Positions 9,987 to 22,700 of a stretch of DNA of 64,000 nt are shown one piece after another; position 1 is the stretch's first letter, and every line of letters begins with the position of its first letter. The notes below the pieces were generated by a model. That model made no database searches. It was not told the DNA's origin and saw only the letters and a list, made by a program, of their open reading frames with translations. A program made the position numbers and the translations under genes. Source of the stretch: an uncultured Acidimicrobiia bacterium (GTDB lineage: Bacteria > Acidobacteriota > Terriglobia > Versatilivoradales > Versatilivoraceae); assembly GCA_963786955.1 (NCBI GenBank), contig CAWBAT010000006.1, forward strand, positions 192,001-256,000. Reading direction: 5' to 3'.

Positions 9987-10746
9987 ATGCCTGAAACCCT
10001 CTCTTCACCCAAGCCAAGCAATCATTCACTCGCCAGCAGATCCCCCCCACGCGGCTCAAACACGGCGATCATCTCGATGGACGAAATCAAGGAGAGTTTA
10101 CGATACAGGGGAAGTCCGGATTGAAGCCTTAAGAAACTTTTCATTGGAAATTCCCCGCGGCCAATTTATTGCGATAATGGGGATGTCAGGATCTGGGAAA
10201 TCGACCTTACTTAATATTCTTAGGATGTCTCGATCATCCAACACACGGCACCTATAAGCTGGATGGAGTGGACGTTTCCACATTCAGCCCAGCTCAAAGA
10301 GCCGACATTCGAAATCAGAAGATCGGTTTTATCTTTCAGAGCTTCAATTTGCTTCCTCGAACCACAGTATGGGAAAACGTGGAAGCACCTATGTTATATT
10401 CCGGCGTCCCCAAGCAGGAGAGATCGCATCGAATCCAGCATGCACTAGGGGTTGTGGGCATCTCGGAAAAGGCCAAAGCCAATCCGAATCAGCTTTCTGG
10501 GGGCCAGCAACAGAGGGTTGCCATCGCCAGAGCTCTGGTCAATCGTCCCGCCATTCTCTTGGCGGACGAGCCGACCGGTAACCTGGACAGCACGACATCC
10601 GAAGAGATCATGCGATTTTTGCAGTCCGTTAATCGAGATGAAGGGATCACTTTGGTGATGGTGACCCACGAGCATGAAATCGCCGCTTACGCACCAGGGT
10701 CATCCATATGAAGGATGGACTCATGATCCGTGATGAGACCCGATAA
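9987..10746 (+). CDS. MacB/LolD-type ABC ATP-binding protein; frameshifted
   Basis: [48 protein letters not shown]. Confidence 0.9.
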
Positions 10747-10778
10747 TTAAGGATTAGCGGGTGTGCTCGAGGTTTCCC

Positions 10779-12001
10779 ATGAATTGGTTCATGACCTTTC
10801 GAATTGCTCTCAAGGCCCTCAGCCGAAACAAGATCCGGTCTATATTGACGATGCTGGGAATCATCATCGGCGTCGGCGCGGTCATTGCGATGGTGAGTCT
10901 CGGCAAGGGAGCACGGCACCAAATTCAAGAAGAAATCGCTTCGATGGGGACCAATACCCTCATGGTGTGGACCGGCACGAATCGAAATTGGGGCATCCGT
11001 GGCGGGGCTGGAACCATGAACACGCTAACCGTGGAGGACTTCGAGGCGATCTTACGTGAATGTCCTGCCGTAAAAATAGTCAGTCCGAGTGCAAATAGCA
11101 TGGCTCAAGTTGTCTTTGGAAATCAAAACTGGAATAGCCGGATTGAAGGCTTTAATGAACAACTCCCCGCTCTGCGAAACTGGAAGGTCTCCCAGGGAAG
11201 CTTCTTTGACGAATCTCACGTCAAGACCGCGGCCCGAGTGGCCGTCTTAGGGCAGACGGTTGTCACTCAATTATTCGACGGCGTTGACCCGGTTGGACAG
11301 ACGATTCGCATTCGCAACCTGTCATTTCAAGTGATTGGAGTCTTGGAGAAGAAAGGGTTTAATGCCTTTGGGGAGAGATCAAGACGACACCATCATCGTC
11401 CCCTTTACGACGGTCCAGAAGAAATTCCAGACAAGCGTCCAGTATGTGCAATCTGGCATCGTCGGGGCAGTGAGTGCTCGTGCCACTTATGCCGCCCAAG
11501 AGCAAATCACCGAATTGTTGCGGCAACGGCACCACGTCGGACCCACTCAAGACAACGATTTCACTGTTCGTAATCTGAGTGAAGTTGCGGAAGCCGCGGA
11601 TGCCACGAATCGGATTCTGACTGGACTGCTCGCAAGCATTGCCGCTGTTTCGCTGCTCGTTGGCGGAATTGGGATCATGAATATCATGCTAGTTGCCGTC
11701 ACCGAGCGAACTCGCGAGATTGGGATACGCATGGCCATCGGAGCTCGCCCCAGCCACGTTCGGATCCAGTTTCTAACCGAGTCGATTGTACTGTGTACCT
11801 TGGGCGGATTGCTCGGATTAGCCCTGGGCGTGGCGGCATCCATGGCCCTTTCTCAAACTGATGGGTTGGCCTACCCTGATCTCGGCCGATTCCATCTTGA
11901 TCTCGATTTTCTTTTCAGCATTTATCGGAATATTTTTCGGCTACTACCCTGCTCATAAGGCAGCGGGGCTGGATCCCATTGAAGCTCTTCGTTACGAATA
12001 G
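10779..12001 (+). CDS. MacB/FtsX-family ABC permease; frameshifted
   Basis: [49 protein letters not shown], ends [10 protein letters not shown]. Confidence 0.92.
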
Positions 12002-12012
12002 GAGAACTCAAC

Positions 12013-12285
12013 GTGCTCGCCGCAGCTCGAATCATCGTGGAGGGGGCAGTCCAAGGAGTGGGATTTCGTTACTTTATCCTGCATCAAGCGCAGTTGTTCC
12101 CCCTGAATGGTTTTGTTCGAAATCTTCCCGATGGTCGGGTTGAAATCGAGGTCGAAGGAGAGAAATTGGCTATTGAGCGACTCGTCGATTTGGCCACGCG
12201 CGGGCCCAGACTGGCTCAAGTCGAGAACGTGAAAATCGAGTGGAAGGAATCTATGGGCGTCTATTCTTATTTTGGGATCAGATAA
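12013..12285 (+). CDS. acyP: Acylphosphatase
   Basis: [22 protein letters not shown]. Confidence 0.92.
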   Translation: MLAAARIIVEGAVQGVGFRYFILHQAQLFPLNGFVRNLPDGRVEIEVEGEKLAIERLVDLATRGPRLAQVENVKIEWKESMGVYSYFGIR

Positions 12286-12773
12286 TGTCTTATCGATTTG
12301 GCTTTGGTTACGATATTCACCGCTTTGCCCACGACCGAAAATTCGTATTAGGAGGCGTCCATCTCCCGTCCGAGCATGGTCTCGAGGGGCATTCGGATGC
12401 CGATGTTCTTCTTCATGCCATCTGTGATGCACTGCTGGGGGCCGCAGCACTTGGTGACATCGGTGTACATTATCCGAACACCGATCCCCGTTTCAAAGAT
12501 ATCTCCAGTCTCAAACTGCTTTCCATGGTCAAGGAGCTCTTGATCAACACTGGCTATCAAGTCATCAATATCGACTCCACCGTTGTCCTTGAAGCGCCCA
12601 AGATTGCAAGCTTCATACCTGCGATGCGGCGGAACATATCCGAAAGCCTGGCCCTTTCCCTCAACCAGGTTTCCGTCAAGGCCACCACCAACGAAGGACT
12701 GGGGCCGATGGGAAGAGGCGAAGGATGTGCAGCGTATGCAGTGGCTTCACTGGGACTCTTGGCTCCAAAATGA
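12285..12773 (+). CDS. ispF: 2-C-methyl-D-erythritol 2,4-cyclodiphosphate synthase
   Basis: [40 protein letters not shown]. Confidence 0.97.
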   Translation: MSYRFGFGYDIHRFAHDRKFVLGGVHLPSEHGLEGHSDADVLLHAICDALLGAAALGDIGVHYPNTDPRFKDISSLKLLSMVKELLINTGYQVINIDSTVVLEAPKIASFIPAMRRNISESLALSLNQVSVKATTNEGLGPMGRGEGCAAYAVASLGLLAPK

Positions 12774-12792
12774 GTTAAAATAGGGGATTCTA

Positions 12793-14004
12793 TTGCGCTC
12801 TCTGGCAAAGATCACTCCATCTTTCCTATTATTCTTGTTGTTCTCGCCCAAGTTTCTACAGGCCGTCTCTCCCTATGACACGGCATTTGCAAGAGCCCTT
12901 AGTTCAATGTATGCCATCGAGTATGACCGGGCGGCGCTTCAATTCGAAGAAGTCATCCGGCTGGACCCCGCAAATCCGCGAGCCTACCTCTATCTTGCAA
13001 CAACGTATTGGATGAAGGTTCTTTATTTGCAGAACACGCTTTTAACCACAGCCTTTGGCCTGCCGCCGGATATCTATGCACCGCCGAATGGGGTTCCCTG
13101 CCCTCCGGATCTGAGACGCAAGTTTGAAGAGGCTGTTAGCCAAATGAAAGAAAAGGCTCAGGCTCTCATTGACGTGAATCCCAAGAATCCGGAAGCCTTA
13201 TTTTGGTTGGGCATGGCAGAAGGAAGCGAAAGTGTATTCATTATTTCGGTCGATCGAAAGCTTCTTGCGGCTAAGGCTCATGCCGACAAATCTTTTGATT
13301 TAATGGAATTGTCGTTCCGTCTGGATCCCAACTTCAAAGACCCTCTCTTCCCCATGGGAATGCATATGCATTTGCTGGGAACGAGAGGAGTCTTCACACG
13401 GATGATTCTTAAAATCATGGGATATAAGGTTTCAAAAGAAGAAGGGCGGAAATTCGTTGAAATCGCCACGGCGCAAGCGCGTTATGTCAGAGACGATGCC
13501 CGTCTGGGTCTCGTTCTTTGTGACATCCGCGAAGGAAGGTGGGATGACGCAGTGAGCGAAATGCAGAATGTTCTGAAAAAATTTCCCCAGGACTCTCTAC
13601 TTACAATGGCCATGGGACGTATCCAGTTTAGCCTGGGTGATTACAAAGGGGCCGTGGCGACATTCGAACGAATTCGAAACAATGTAAATCAGAAACGGCC
13701 AGGATTTCACGTCTTTTCACCCGGTGAAGTAAACTTGCGGCTCGCTTTGGCTTTACTCAGATTAGGCCGCCCCCGCGATGCTCAAGCCGCTGTTGAGAAA
13801 GCCCTCCAGGATGGACAGGCAACGGCTCTAATAAGAGCCGCCTCCCTCTTAACCCTGGGGCAGTGCCGGGACCTCCTGTATAATCGACAAGGCGCCATCG
13901 CTGCCTATCAGGCCGCTCTGGCGCTTACTCCTAAGACCCCTAGCCACGACAAGGCAAAGCAGTTCCTCTATCAGCCTTATGATGGAAAGGTCCCCCCTGG
14001 CTAG
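12793..14004 (+). CDS. Secreted tetratricopeptide-repeat protein
   Basis: Signal peptide and TPR-like segments (IRLDPANPRAYLYLA, NPKNPEALFWLG). Confidence 0.75.
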   Translation: MRSLAKITPSFLLFLLFSPKFLQAVSPYDTAFARALSSMYAIEYDRAALQFEEVIRLDPANPRAYLYLATTYWMKVLYLQNTLLTTAFGLPPDIYAPPNGVPCPPDLRRKFEEAVSQMKEKAQALIDVNPKNPEALFWLGMAEGSESVFIISVDRKLLAAKAHADKSFDLMELSFRLDPNFKDPLFPMGMHMHLLGTRGVFTRMILKIMGYKVSKEEGRKFVEIATAQARYVRDDARLGLVLCDIREGRWDDAVSEMQNVLKKFPQDSLLTMAMGRIQFSLGDYKGAVATFERIRNNVNQKRPGFHVFSPGEVNLRLALALLRLGRPRDAQAAVEKALQDGQATALIRAASLLTLGQCRDLLYNRQGAIAAYQAALALTPKTPSHDKAKQFLYQPYDGKVPPG

Positions 14005-14287
14005 TGCCTTTAAACGCTAATCGCCAGCGGCCTCAACATTCCGAGTTGCCGTTTCAGCCTTTTTTCGTTTCTTCATTTCACTAATCGCAACTCTGAAACC
14101 CACCGTCCGTTGACATGGTCTCATCAGAGATGTTTCATCGTCGCCGCCAATTGCTACCCTCAGGAAAATCATCGCAATCTGCTTGATTGCCCGAAGAAAT
14201 AGTTGCGTCACATAAAACCAAATGCAAGAATCCCGTATTCCAATTGTTTTTAGATTTGACGCAGCGCAAGCTGAACTGGAGGCCTGC

Positions 14288-15959
14288 ATGTCCGTTGTTT
14301 GGAGCTTGATGTTGCTTTTGTTACTGCCCGTTTATTCTCACAGTCAGACGGGGGAAAAACTTGTGATCCCCGATGATGTCCTCTGGGAACCGGATATTGA
14401 ATATCTGACGGCCGGAGCCAAGACGGTGAATCTGGCTATGGATGTGGTGACTCCGAAAGGTACCGGTGGACCTTACCCTGCTGTGGTCTGCATCCACGGA
14501 GGCGGCTTTCGCAAAGGAGAGCGCCAGAGTCAACTTCCATTGTGTATTAAGCTCGCAAGAAGAGGCTACGTGGCGGCTACGATTTCTTATCGCCTCTCCC
14601 CCAGGGATCAATTTCCCGCACCGGTACATGACGTCAAGACCGCGATTCGTTTCTTACGTGCCAACGCCGTTCGATTCAACATCGACCCCGCACACATAGG
14701 GGTCACGGGTTTTTCGGCTGGCGGTCATCTGGCCTTGTTCCTCGGTCTGACAGGAGGAATCCCCGAATTCGAGGGTCCAGGCCCTTACCGGGAACAGTCC
14801 AGCCAGGTTCAATGTGTCGTGAATTTCTTTGGCCCGACGGATTTTACAAAGTCCTACGGGAAAAGCGTCGACGCAGGCTGAAGTTCTTCCTCTCTTCCTG
14901 GGTGGAGACCTGGAGCACGAACGACTCGCCCACATGCAAGCGAGTCCGCTCAATTGGGTTACTCCCAATGCCTCACCCGTGCTGACAATCCATGGAACTG
15001 AAGACCGTTACGTGGCCTACGAACAGGCAGTCTGGATTACGGAGCGTTTGAAGTCCGCCGGAGTAGAAAGCGAGTTGCTCACCCTCGAAGGGGCTGGGCA
15101 TGGATTCAAGGGCACGGATGCTGAGAAAGCCGAAAAAGGGCTTTTTGAATTCATGGACAGTCATCTAAAAGTGCGACCCGAGAGACAGCTTCTCATCGCC
15201 GATCATGGTCCGGGGGCCGAAATTCTAGCTATCTCCTGGCCTTCGGGAAAGGTTTTGTGGCGCACCCCCAATCAGCGTGGACGCGATGTCCAGGCCTTAG
15301 CCAGTCAACACGTACTCTTTACGATGGACTTCGGCCGGAGGGTTGTCGAAATGGACGGGGACCATCACATTGTTTGGACTTATGGCGCCGCAGAAGGGCT
15401 GGAGCAACCCGTCTCCGCTCAACGGCTCAGGAATGGAAATACGATGATCGCGGACGCTAAGTCCGGGAAGATTATTGAGGTAGATTCAGCCCACAAAATC
15501 GTTTGGGAATACCAGAACCCGGACATCGGAAACATGCGAATGCGCTCCGTCCGGCCAACAGATCAAGACACCTTTCTGATAGCCGTCGAAGCTGCTGGGA
15601 AAATTATTGAAGTGAACCGCTCCGGTCAGATCATCTGGAGCTACGTGGCCGAAGGAGGAAATACGCGATTCCCTTATCAATCCCATCGTCTTGAAAACGG
15701 CAATACGCTCATTAGCCTTGCTGAACCAGGGGAATTAATCGAGGTTGACAAGGCGGGCAAGACGGTCCGCACAATTGCAGGGAACAAATTAGATTTACGT
15801 TTTGGCTGGGTCACAGGGACGCAGCCTCTCCCCGACGGAGGTCTCATTGTCGCGGACTACACTGGCAAGCGCCTCGTGGAATTGGATTCGTCCGGGAGGA
15901 TAGTGCACGAATTACGCAACCCGGTCTGGAACATCGCCAGCATCTCTCTAGTCCCATAG
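14288..15959 (+). CDS. Secreted alpha/beta-hydrolase (BD-FAE/LipA-like) fused to a beta-propeller; one frameshift near 14878
   Basis: HGGGF oxyanion motif, GFSAGG nucleophile, HGTED, GAGHGF, then repeated 'NGNTLI..RVIEVD..GKIVW' blades. Confidence 0.82.
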
Positions 15960-16060
15960 GCTTCCCAGAGCCGATTGAGCAGTTGCTAGTTTCCCATGCC
16001 CAGTCACGAGAAAGCGTCATGGTGGGTTCACCTGGAAAGCTTCTCCAATGCAAACGAGTG

Positions 16061-16927
16061 TTATTTCTTTTTGAATAGTAGATCTGAAAGTTCGGAAACG
16101 AGGAGTCCTGCCAAAATCATGCTTCCACCTGCAAGGGCCACTCTCCCTAATTGTTCACCTAATATGAAATAAGAAAATATGGCCGCAAATAGAGGCTCGA
16201 GAGAAAAGATGACGGCAGACCGGGTCGGGGTCGTTTGCCTCTGGTGTTTTGTAATGAGATACAACGCCAATAGAGTCGCTAAAATGGCGAGATACGCTAA
16301 AGCCAGGAGTAAACTCCAGGTCCAATGAAGGTACGGTTTCTCGAGAAAATAAAATGAACTGCTGGCCAGCAGCGCTGTGACCAGGATCTGCAGAAATGTC
16401 AGCTGTATAAAGGAATGTTGGCGCGTAATCATATCGAGATAGACGAGGTAAAGCGCATAGAGCATGGCAGCCCCAAGGGTCAAGGCATCACCGCGGTTAA
16501 ATCCTGCCCCCTGAGGGGCAGTTAACAGATAAAGTCCGCACGATACCAGTATCACTCCGATGATGTTTCCTCTTTTCGGGACCTTGCCCTCTAGGATCCA
16601 TTGAAAGATGGGTGTGAAAACGACGAGTAGACCTGTAATAAATGCAGACTTGGAGGCTGTCGTATAGTGAAGACCTACCGTTTGGGTTAGAAATCCGCCG
16701 AATAATAATATCCCCAAGATTGCCCCACGCCTCGCCGTTCTTCCGTCAATGGTGAGGACCTCGGCGCGGCAGAACGGGTAAAAGATAACGAGAGCAATCC
16801 AGAACCTAACCGCAATCAGAACGATTGGAGAGGCATCGCGCAGACCAAGTTTTGCGACCGGGAATGTTGCCGCCCAGATTAAAGTACAGAGGACTAAGAA
16901 GAGTTCCGATTGAGCCCGTTGAGTCAT
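16061..16927 (-). CDS. DMT/EamA family transporter
   Basis: IWAATF, QTVGLHYTTASKSAFITGL, IFSLEPLFAA; about 10 TM segments. Confidence 0.9.
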   Translation of the reverse strand: MTQRAQSELFLVLCTLIWAATFPVAKLGLRDASPIVLIAVRFWIALVIFYPFCRAEVLTIDGRTARRGAILGILLFGGFLTQTVGLHYTTASKSAFITGLLVVFTPIFQWILEGKVPKRGNIIGVILVSCGLYLLTAPQGAGFNRGDALTLGAAMLYALYLVYLDMITRQHSFIQLTFLQILVTALLASSSFYFLEKPYLHWTWSLLLALAYLAILATLLALYLITKHQRQTTPTRSAVIFSLEPLFAAIFSYFILGEQLGRVALAGGSMILAGLLVSELSDLLFKKK

Positions 16928-17062
16928 TTCAATGATTTCAGAGCGTAGCTGATAACTTGAGAATCTTTCTTGCTTGCTGGAAGCGCGTGATTAATCCGGT
17001 AACTCCAGATCCATAAAGTTTCCTGACTCTTTGGCTGAATTCTGCCAATCGTCCCCGGCCCT

Positions 17063-18454
17063 ATGACATCTGAATCTATTCGCTCCGAGGCTTCCACAGT
17101 GCAGTTTGAAAATCCACGGCCTTCGATTGCTGCCAGACTGGAACGCCTGCCTCTCTGCGGTTTTCATAGAAAATTTATCGGTTTGATCTCTCTGGGTGGT
17201 TGGTTTGATTTCTACGACATCTTTATGATGGCCTATATCGGTGCCGCACTGCAAGATTCCGGGATGCTGACACTTCACCAGTTCAGCCATATGCTTGCTG
17301 CAGGATTTTTGGGAATGTATGTTGGAACCATTTTCTTCGGAATCGGCAGCGACCACTTCGGGCGGCGGACTTCGTTTCTATTCATGTTGCTGATTTACTC
17401 CTTTTGCACTTTGATGGGAGCATTTGCGACTTCCTCTTGGGAACTGATTCTCTGGCGAGGTCTTTCCGGAATAGGGATCGGAGCGGAGTTGGTGGTCATT
17501 GACACCTATGTCACTGAGATATTACCCAGTCATTCACGTGGGCGCTATGTTGCGATTACCCAGCTGGTTGGGTTCACCGCAATCCCGGTCGTGGCATTTT
17601 TCTCAAAAATTCTGGCCCCGACGCACTGGATTCTGGACGGATGGCGTTGGGTCATGATTATGGGAGCCATTGGCGCCTTATTTGTTTGGTATTTGCGCCG
17701 CTGTCTTCCTGAGTCTCCTCGCTGGCTTGAATCGAGGGGGAAATACGCGAAAGCTAATGAAATCATGCAAAATATCGAATCTCAAGTTACGGACGAAATC
17801 GGGGCCCAGCTCCCGGTCCCACAACCCATGAAAACGCCGAGCCCTTCTCGAATGCCTTTCCGGGAACTTTGGGGGCGAGTTTATCGACGAAGAACGATCA
17901 TGCTGATGATTTTCCATATGCTGCAAACCATTGGGATTTACGGATTCGCCAATTGGGCGCCCACATTCTTTCTCAAACAAGGAAGGAGTCTTCATCAATC
18001 CCTCGAATACAGCTTTCTGATCGCACTGGTCAGCCCGATTGGACCATTCATTTCTGTTTATACGGCTGAAAAATTTGAGCGCAAGAACATGATCGTCTTT
18101 TTATCCTTAGCGATGGCTATTTCCGGGTTGGCGTTTCCTTTCGTGGAAACTCCTTGGGCCATTATAGCCGCGGGGGCTTTGATCACGATCTTCAGTTATT
18201 GGTTCTCTGCGGCCCTGCACGCCTACCAGGCAGAATTATTTCCTACTAGGGCTCGTGCCACCGGAGTGGGCTTTACCTACAGTTGGAGCCGCTTGAGCGC
18301 AGTCTTCTCGACATACGTGATCAGTTATCTGTTGGTGGACGGAGTGCTTGCCGTGTTTCTTTTCATGGGTGCTGCCATGGTGGGAGTCGCTCTACTCGTC
18401 GGTTTAATTGGGCCCAGAACTAACGCCATCGTCCTGGAGGACGTTTCGGTTTAA
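17063..18454 (+). CDS. MFS transporter (YdjE/aromatic acid-sugar type)
   Basis: FDFYD, SDHFGRR, LPESPRWL, ELFPTRARATG. Confidence 0.92.
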   Translation: MTSESIRSEASTVQFENPRPSIAARLERLPLCGFHRKFIGLISLGGWFDFYDIFMMAYIGAALQDSGMLTLHQFSHMLAAGFLGMYVGTIFFGIGSDHFGRRTSFLFMLLIYSFCTLMGAFATSSWELILWRGLSGIGIGAELVVIDTYVTEILPSHSRGRYVAITQLVGFTAIPVVAFFSKILAPTHWILDGWRWVMIMGAIGALFVWYLRRCLPESPRWLESRGKYAKANEIMQNIESQVTDEIGAQLPVPQPMKTPSPSRMPFRELWGRVYRRRTIMLMIFHMLQTIGIYGFANWAPTFFLKQGRSLHQSLEYSFLIALVSPIGPFISVYTAEKFERKNMIVFLSLAMAISGLAFPFVETPWAIIAAGALITIFSYWFSAALHAYQAELFPTRARATGVGFTYSWSRLSAVFSTYVISYLLVDGVLAVFLFMGAAMVGVALLVGLIGPRTNAIVLEDVSV

Positions 18455-18499
18455 CAGCAGTGTCATCATCTTAGCTCCAGCCACGGAATCGATACCAAC

Positions 18500-18987
18500 A
18501 GTATCCCGCCTATTCGTGAAAAGCTCTTTGCAGTTCTGTCCACCTCGATCCTGATGGAACACCCATATTAATGAGAAACTCCACCATGAGTTGAGCGATG
18601 GGTGGATCCCCTTCCCTGACAATCCCCCCGCGAAACAATCAACACTGATCCTGGAATGAGTCGATATAGGCGAATGCCCTCAACCAGTCTGCAGACCGTC
18701 TCCTGCTGAAAGGTTACCGGTGGTAGGCGTCTCCGAGAAATTCTTCCGTTGCTATAGAGAACGACAATCGAACGGGCATCACCCACGATACCCATATCGA
18801 GCAACGGAGGAAATTGGCGTTCCAAATGAAAAAATGGCAAGTCGACTATCGGGGTGCAACAAATAGCAATGAAAAGACTGGCTCCTATGATGAGCCGCAT
18901 ATTCCCGACCTTTCACTAATTGCGATGGATTGACAGTGCCAAACCAATCACAAATAAAACGGGAACGATACCGACTGGGAGAGCATG
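18500..18987 (-). pseudogene. Degraded YdcF/ElyC (DUF218) family gene
   Basis: LERQFPP..IVVL..RLVEGIRLYRLIPGSVLIVSRG motif, in-frame stops upstream and a truncated 3' part. Confidence 0.55.
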
Positions 18988-19756
18988 TTCTCGAAAATGA
19001 GCTTAATAATTATCACAAACACCTTTCCTTGAGTTTCTTATTGGTAATTGAACACGACAAAGGAAAGAAATCTTTTGCTCTTTAATGGAGCTAATAAGAG
19101 AAATTCTAAACCTTGAAACGGCGAGAATCCCGAGCTCCGCCAAGAGAAGGTAGAGGTTATAAATATGGTCCCTCTTTTGCTACATAACGATGACAGGAGC
19201 AGTGAGCTCATTATTCTCTTTTTGGCAATTCCCACATGTCATTGAAACCCAGATCTCAATCCAGTAACCGAAAGATACTGTGGCTGCTATTGCCACCTGT
19301 GATCATTTCATTAATGGCCTATTCTCATTGAGCACGCGAGCAACAGTTGCAAGTTAGGGAGGGTGGTTTTTGAACGTTTGACCAGGTGTCCAGAGCGCGC
19401 TCTGAAACGCAGCACTCAACCGTCGAAGCTCCTAAGTAAAACTCCATAGAACTTTAGTCAAGAGGATCTGCCGTTCCCGAAACCGAAGGAACCTATAAAT
19501 CGATGGAGCGATTGGGCTTGCACAGGTACCGGCCGATAGACTTGATCAATGAAGGCGAAACGAAAAGGGGTGAAAGGATTTCCCGAAGACCAGCACAGAT
19601 GGGGAAAGATTTTATACAATATGAGCATCCCAATGGTGGAAAAATAGGTACATTTTAAGGCTTCCCAAAATCTTTCCTTCTGCACGATCAGTCCCTTACA
19701 GATGTGGCTATCCAATTGCCAACCAACAGTGGTGGTGTACACGGAATTGACTGTGG

Positions 19757-22700
19757 ATGTCTTCTATGTCGCGGAAAATACAGAGGCACAAAGGGAAGCC
19801 TGGGGAAAGCACAAAATGGGTAATTCTAATCCTCCCATTAATGATTATCTCTGCAATCTTCCTTTTTGTCGGTCGAGGAAACGAGCACCCGGTTCTCCCA
19901 GGCAAGTCGAATCTAGCTGAGCCCTCAAAGTTAAGCTATAACCAACTAGCTAGTCCTTCGCTCCATCAGCGAGCGTTTTCTAACCCTCCAGGATTTGGCC
20001 GAACAGTTTATCCCTTCTCGGTAATCGTTGGGGGCATTGCTGATGCAGACGATCTGCGCTCGTCCCTGGCAAAAGATCGAGTTGCAGCCACCCATTTTTC
20101 TGACTTTGATATTAAGCACGCACGGATTGTGAGACTAGATACTGACAAGAGCGCCTATGTCTCTTACCGGATGAACAACCAGATATACTGGACTCGGAAA
20201 CGGATCAAGTTAACTAAGGGAGAATTCCTGGTTACGGACGGGAAAAACTATGCGAGAACCCGCTGCGCTAACCGAATATCTGATGAACGCCAAGTCCCCG
20301 TGTCGACAGAGCAGCCATCCGAACTAACATTAAACACCCCACTGCCTAATGCCGCTGGACACTCTCCGCCGGCTCTACCAGGAATTCGTGGAGAGGGGCC
20401 TGGAGGATACCTTTTCCCACCCGTTGGAATGTTGCTTCCTCCTGACTATCCAACGGAAAATATACCACCAACGCCTTTCACACCAGTAAACTATTTCCCA
20501 ACGACCCCAACGCCCATTCCTGTGCCTCCGGTAATCGGCCCACGACAGACTAATAGCTCTAGCTCAGGTGGTTCGAGTTCCGGCGGCTCTAGCTCCGGCG
20601 GCTCTAGCTCCGGCGGCTCTAGCTCTGGTGGATCGAGCTCCGGCGGATCCAGCTCCGGCGGTTCGAGCTCCGGTGGATCCAGTTCTAGTGGATCTAGTTC
20701 CGGAGGCTCCAGCTCAGGTGGTTCGAGTTCTAGTGGCTCCAGTTCGGGCGGATCCAGCTCCGGTGGATCAACTTCTAGTGGATCGAGTTCCGGAGGTTCC
20801 AGTTCCGGTGGATCAAGTTCGGGTGGTTCCAGTTCTGGCGGTTCCAGTTCTGGCGGTTCCAGTTCTGGCGGGTCCAGTTCGGGAGGATCGAGTTCCGGAG
20901 GTTCCAGCTCAGGTGGTTCGAGTTCTGGTGGCTCCAGTTCGGGCGGATCCAGCTCCGGAGGTTCCAGCTCAGGCGGTTCGAGTTCTAGTGGCTCCAGTTC
21001 TGGCGGCTCTAGTTCAGGTGGATCGAGCTCGGGTGGATCGAGTTCTAGCGGATCGAGCTCGGGCGGGTCGAGTTCTGGAGGTTCAAGTTCCGGTGGATCA
21101 AGTTCGGGTGGTTCTAGCTCCGGTGGATCAAGTTCCGGTGGATCAAGTTCGGGTGGTTCGAGTTCCAGTGGCTCCAGCTCCGGTGGATCAAGTTCTGGCG
21201 GATCTAGCTCCGGTGGCTCGAGCTCCGGAGGCTCCAGTTCGGGTGGTTCGAGTTCTGGCGGCTCCAGTTCGGGAGGATCCAGTTCCGGTGGATCGAGCTC
21301 TGGAGGTTCGAGTTCCAGCGGCTCCAGTTCTAGCGGCTCCAGTTCCGGTGGTTCCAGCTCCGGTGGGTCAAGTTCGGGTGGTTCCAGTTCCGGAGGCTCT
21401 AGCTCCGGTGGTTCCAAGTTCAGGCGGTTCCAGCTCAGGCGGTTCCAGCTCAGGTGGATCGAGCTCAGGTGGATCGGCTTCCGGTGGCGGCTCCAGTTCC
21501 GGTGGATCAAGTTCGGGTGGTTCCAGCTCGGGTGGTTCCAGCTCAGGTGGATCCAGCTCAGGCGGATCGGCTTCCGGTGGCGGCTCCAGTTCCGGTGGAT
21601 CAAGTTCGGGTGGTTCCAGCTCAGGTGGTTCCAGCTCAGGTGGATCCAGCTCAGGCGGATCGGCTTCCGGTGGCGGCTCCAGTTCCGGTGGATCAAGTTC
21701 GGGTGGTTCCAGCTCAGGCGGATCGGCTTCCGGTGGCGGCTCCAGTTCCGGTGGATCAAGTTCGGGTGGATCTAGCTCGGGTGGATCGAGCTCAGGCGGT
21801 TCCAGCTCAGGTGGATCGAGTTCCGGGGGCTCTAGTTCTGGTGGTTCCAGCTCCGGTGGGTCCAGTTCCGGAGGCTCTAGCTCCGGTGGTTCTAGCTCCG
21901 GTGGATCGAGTTCGGGAGGGTCGAGTTCTGGAGGTTCAAGTTCCGGCTGGGGATCGAGTTCGGGTGGGTCGAGTTCTGGAGGTTCAAGTTCCGGCGGGTC
22001 CAGTTCTGGTGGATCGAGTTCGGGTGGGTCGAGTTCTGGAGGTTCAAGTTCCGGTGGATCAAGTTCGGGTGGTTCCAGCTCCGGTGGGTCAAGTTCGGGT
22101 GGTTCCAGTTCCGGAGGCTCTAGCTCCGGCGGATCCAGTTCCGGAGGCTCTAGCTCCGGCGGGTCCAGTTCTGGTGGATCGAGTTCGGGTGGGTCGAGTT
22201 CTGGAGGTTCAAGTTCCGGTGGATCAAGTTCGGGTGGTTCCAGCTCCGGTGGGTCAAGTTCGGGTGGTTCCAGTTCCGGAGGCTCTAGCTCCGGCGGATC
22301 CAGTTCGGGAGGCTCTAGCTCCGGTGGTTCCAGTTCCGGAGGCTCTAGCTCCGGCGGATCCAGTTCGGGAGGCTCTAGCTCCGGTGGTTCGAGCTCCGGA
22401 GGCTCCAGTTCCGGTGGTTCCAGCTCCGGTGGGTCAAGTTCGGGTGGTTCCAGTTCCGGAGGCTCTAGCTCCGGTGGTTCCAGCTCTGGTGGATCGAGCT
22501 CAGGTGGATCGAGCTCAGGTGGATCGGCTTCCGGTGGCGGCTCCAGTTCCGGTGGATCAAGTTCGGGTGGTTCCAGCTCAGGTGGATCCAGCTCAGGCGG
22601 ATCGGCTTCCGGTGGCGGCTCCAGTTCCGGTGGATCTAGTTCCGGTGGTAGCTCAGGTGGATCCAGCTCAGGCGGATCGGCTTCCGGTGGCGGCTCCAGT

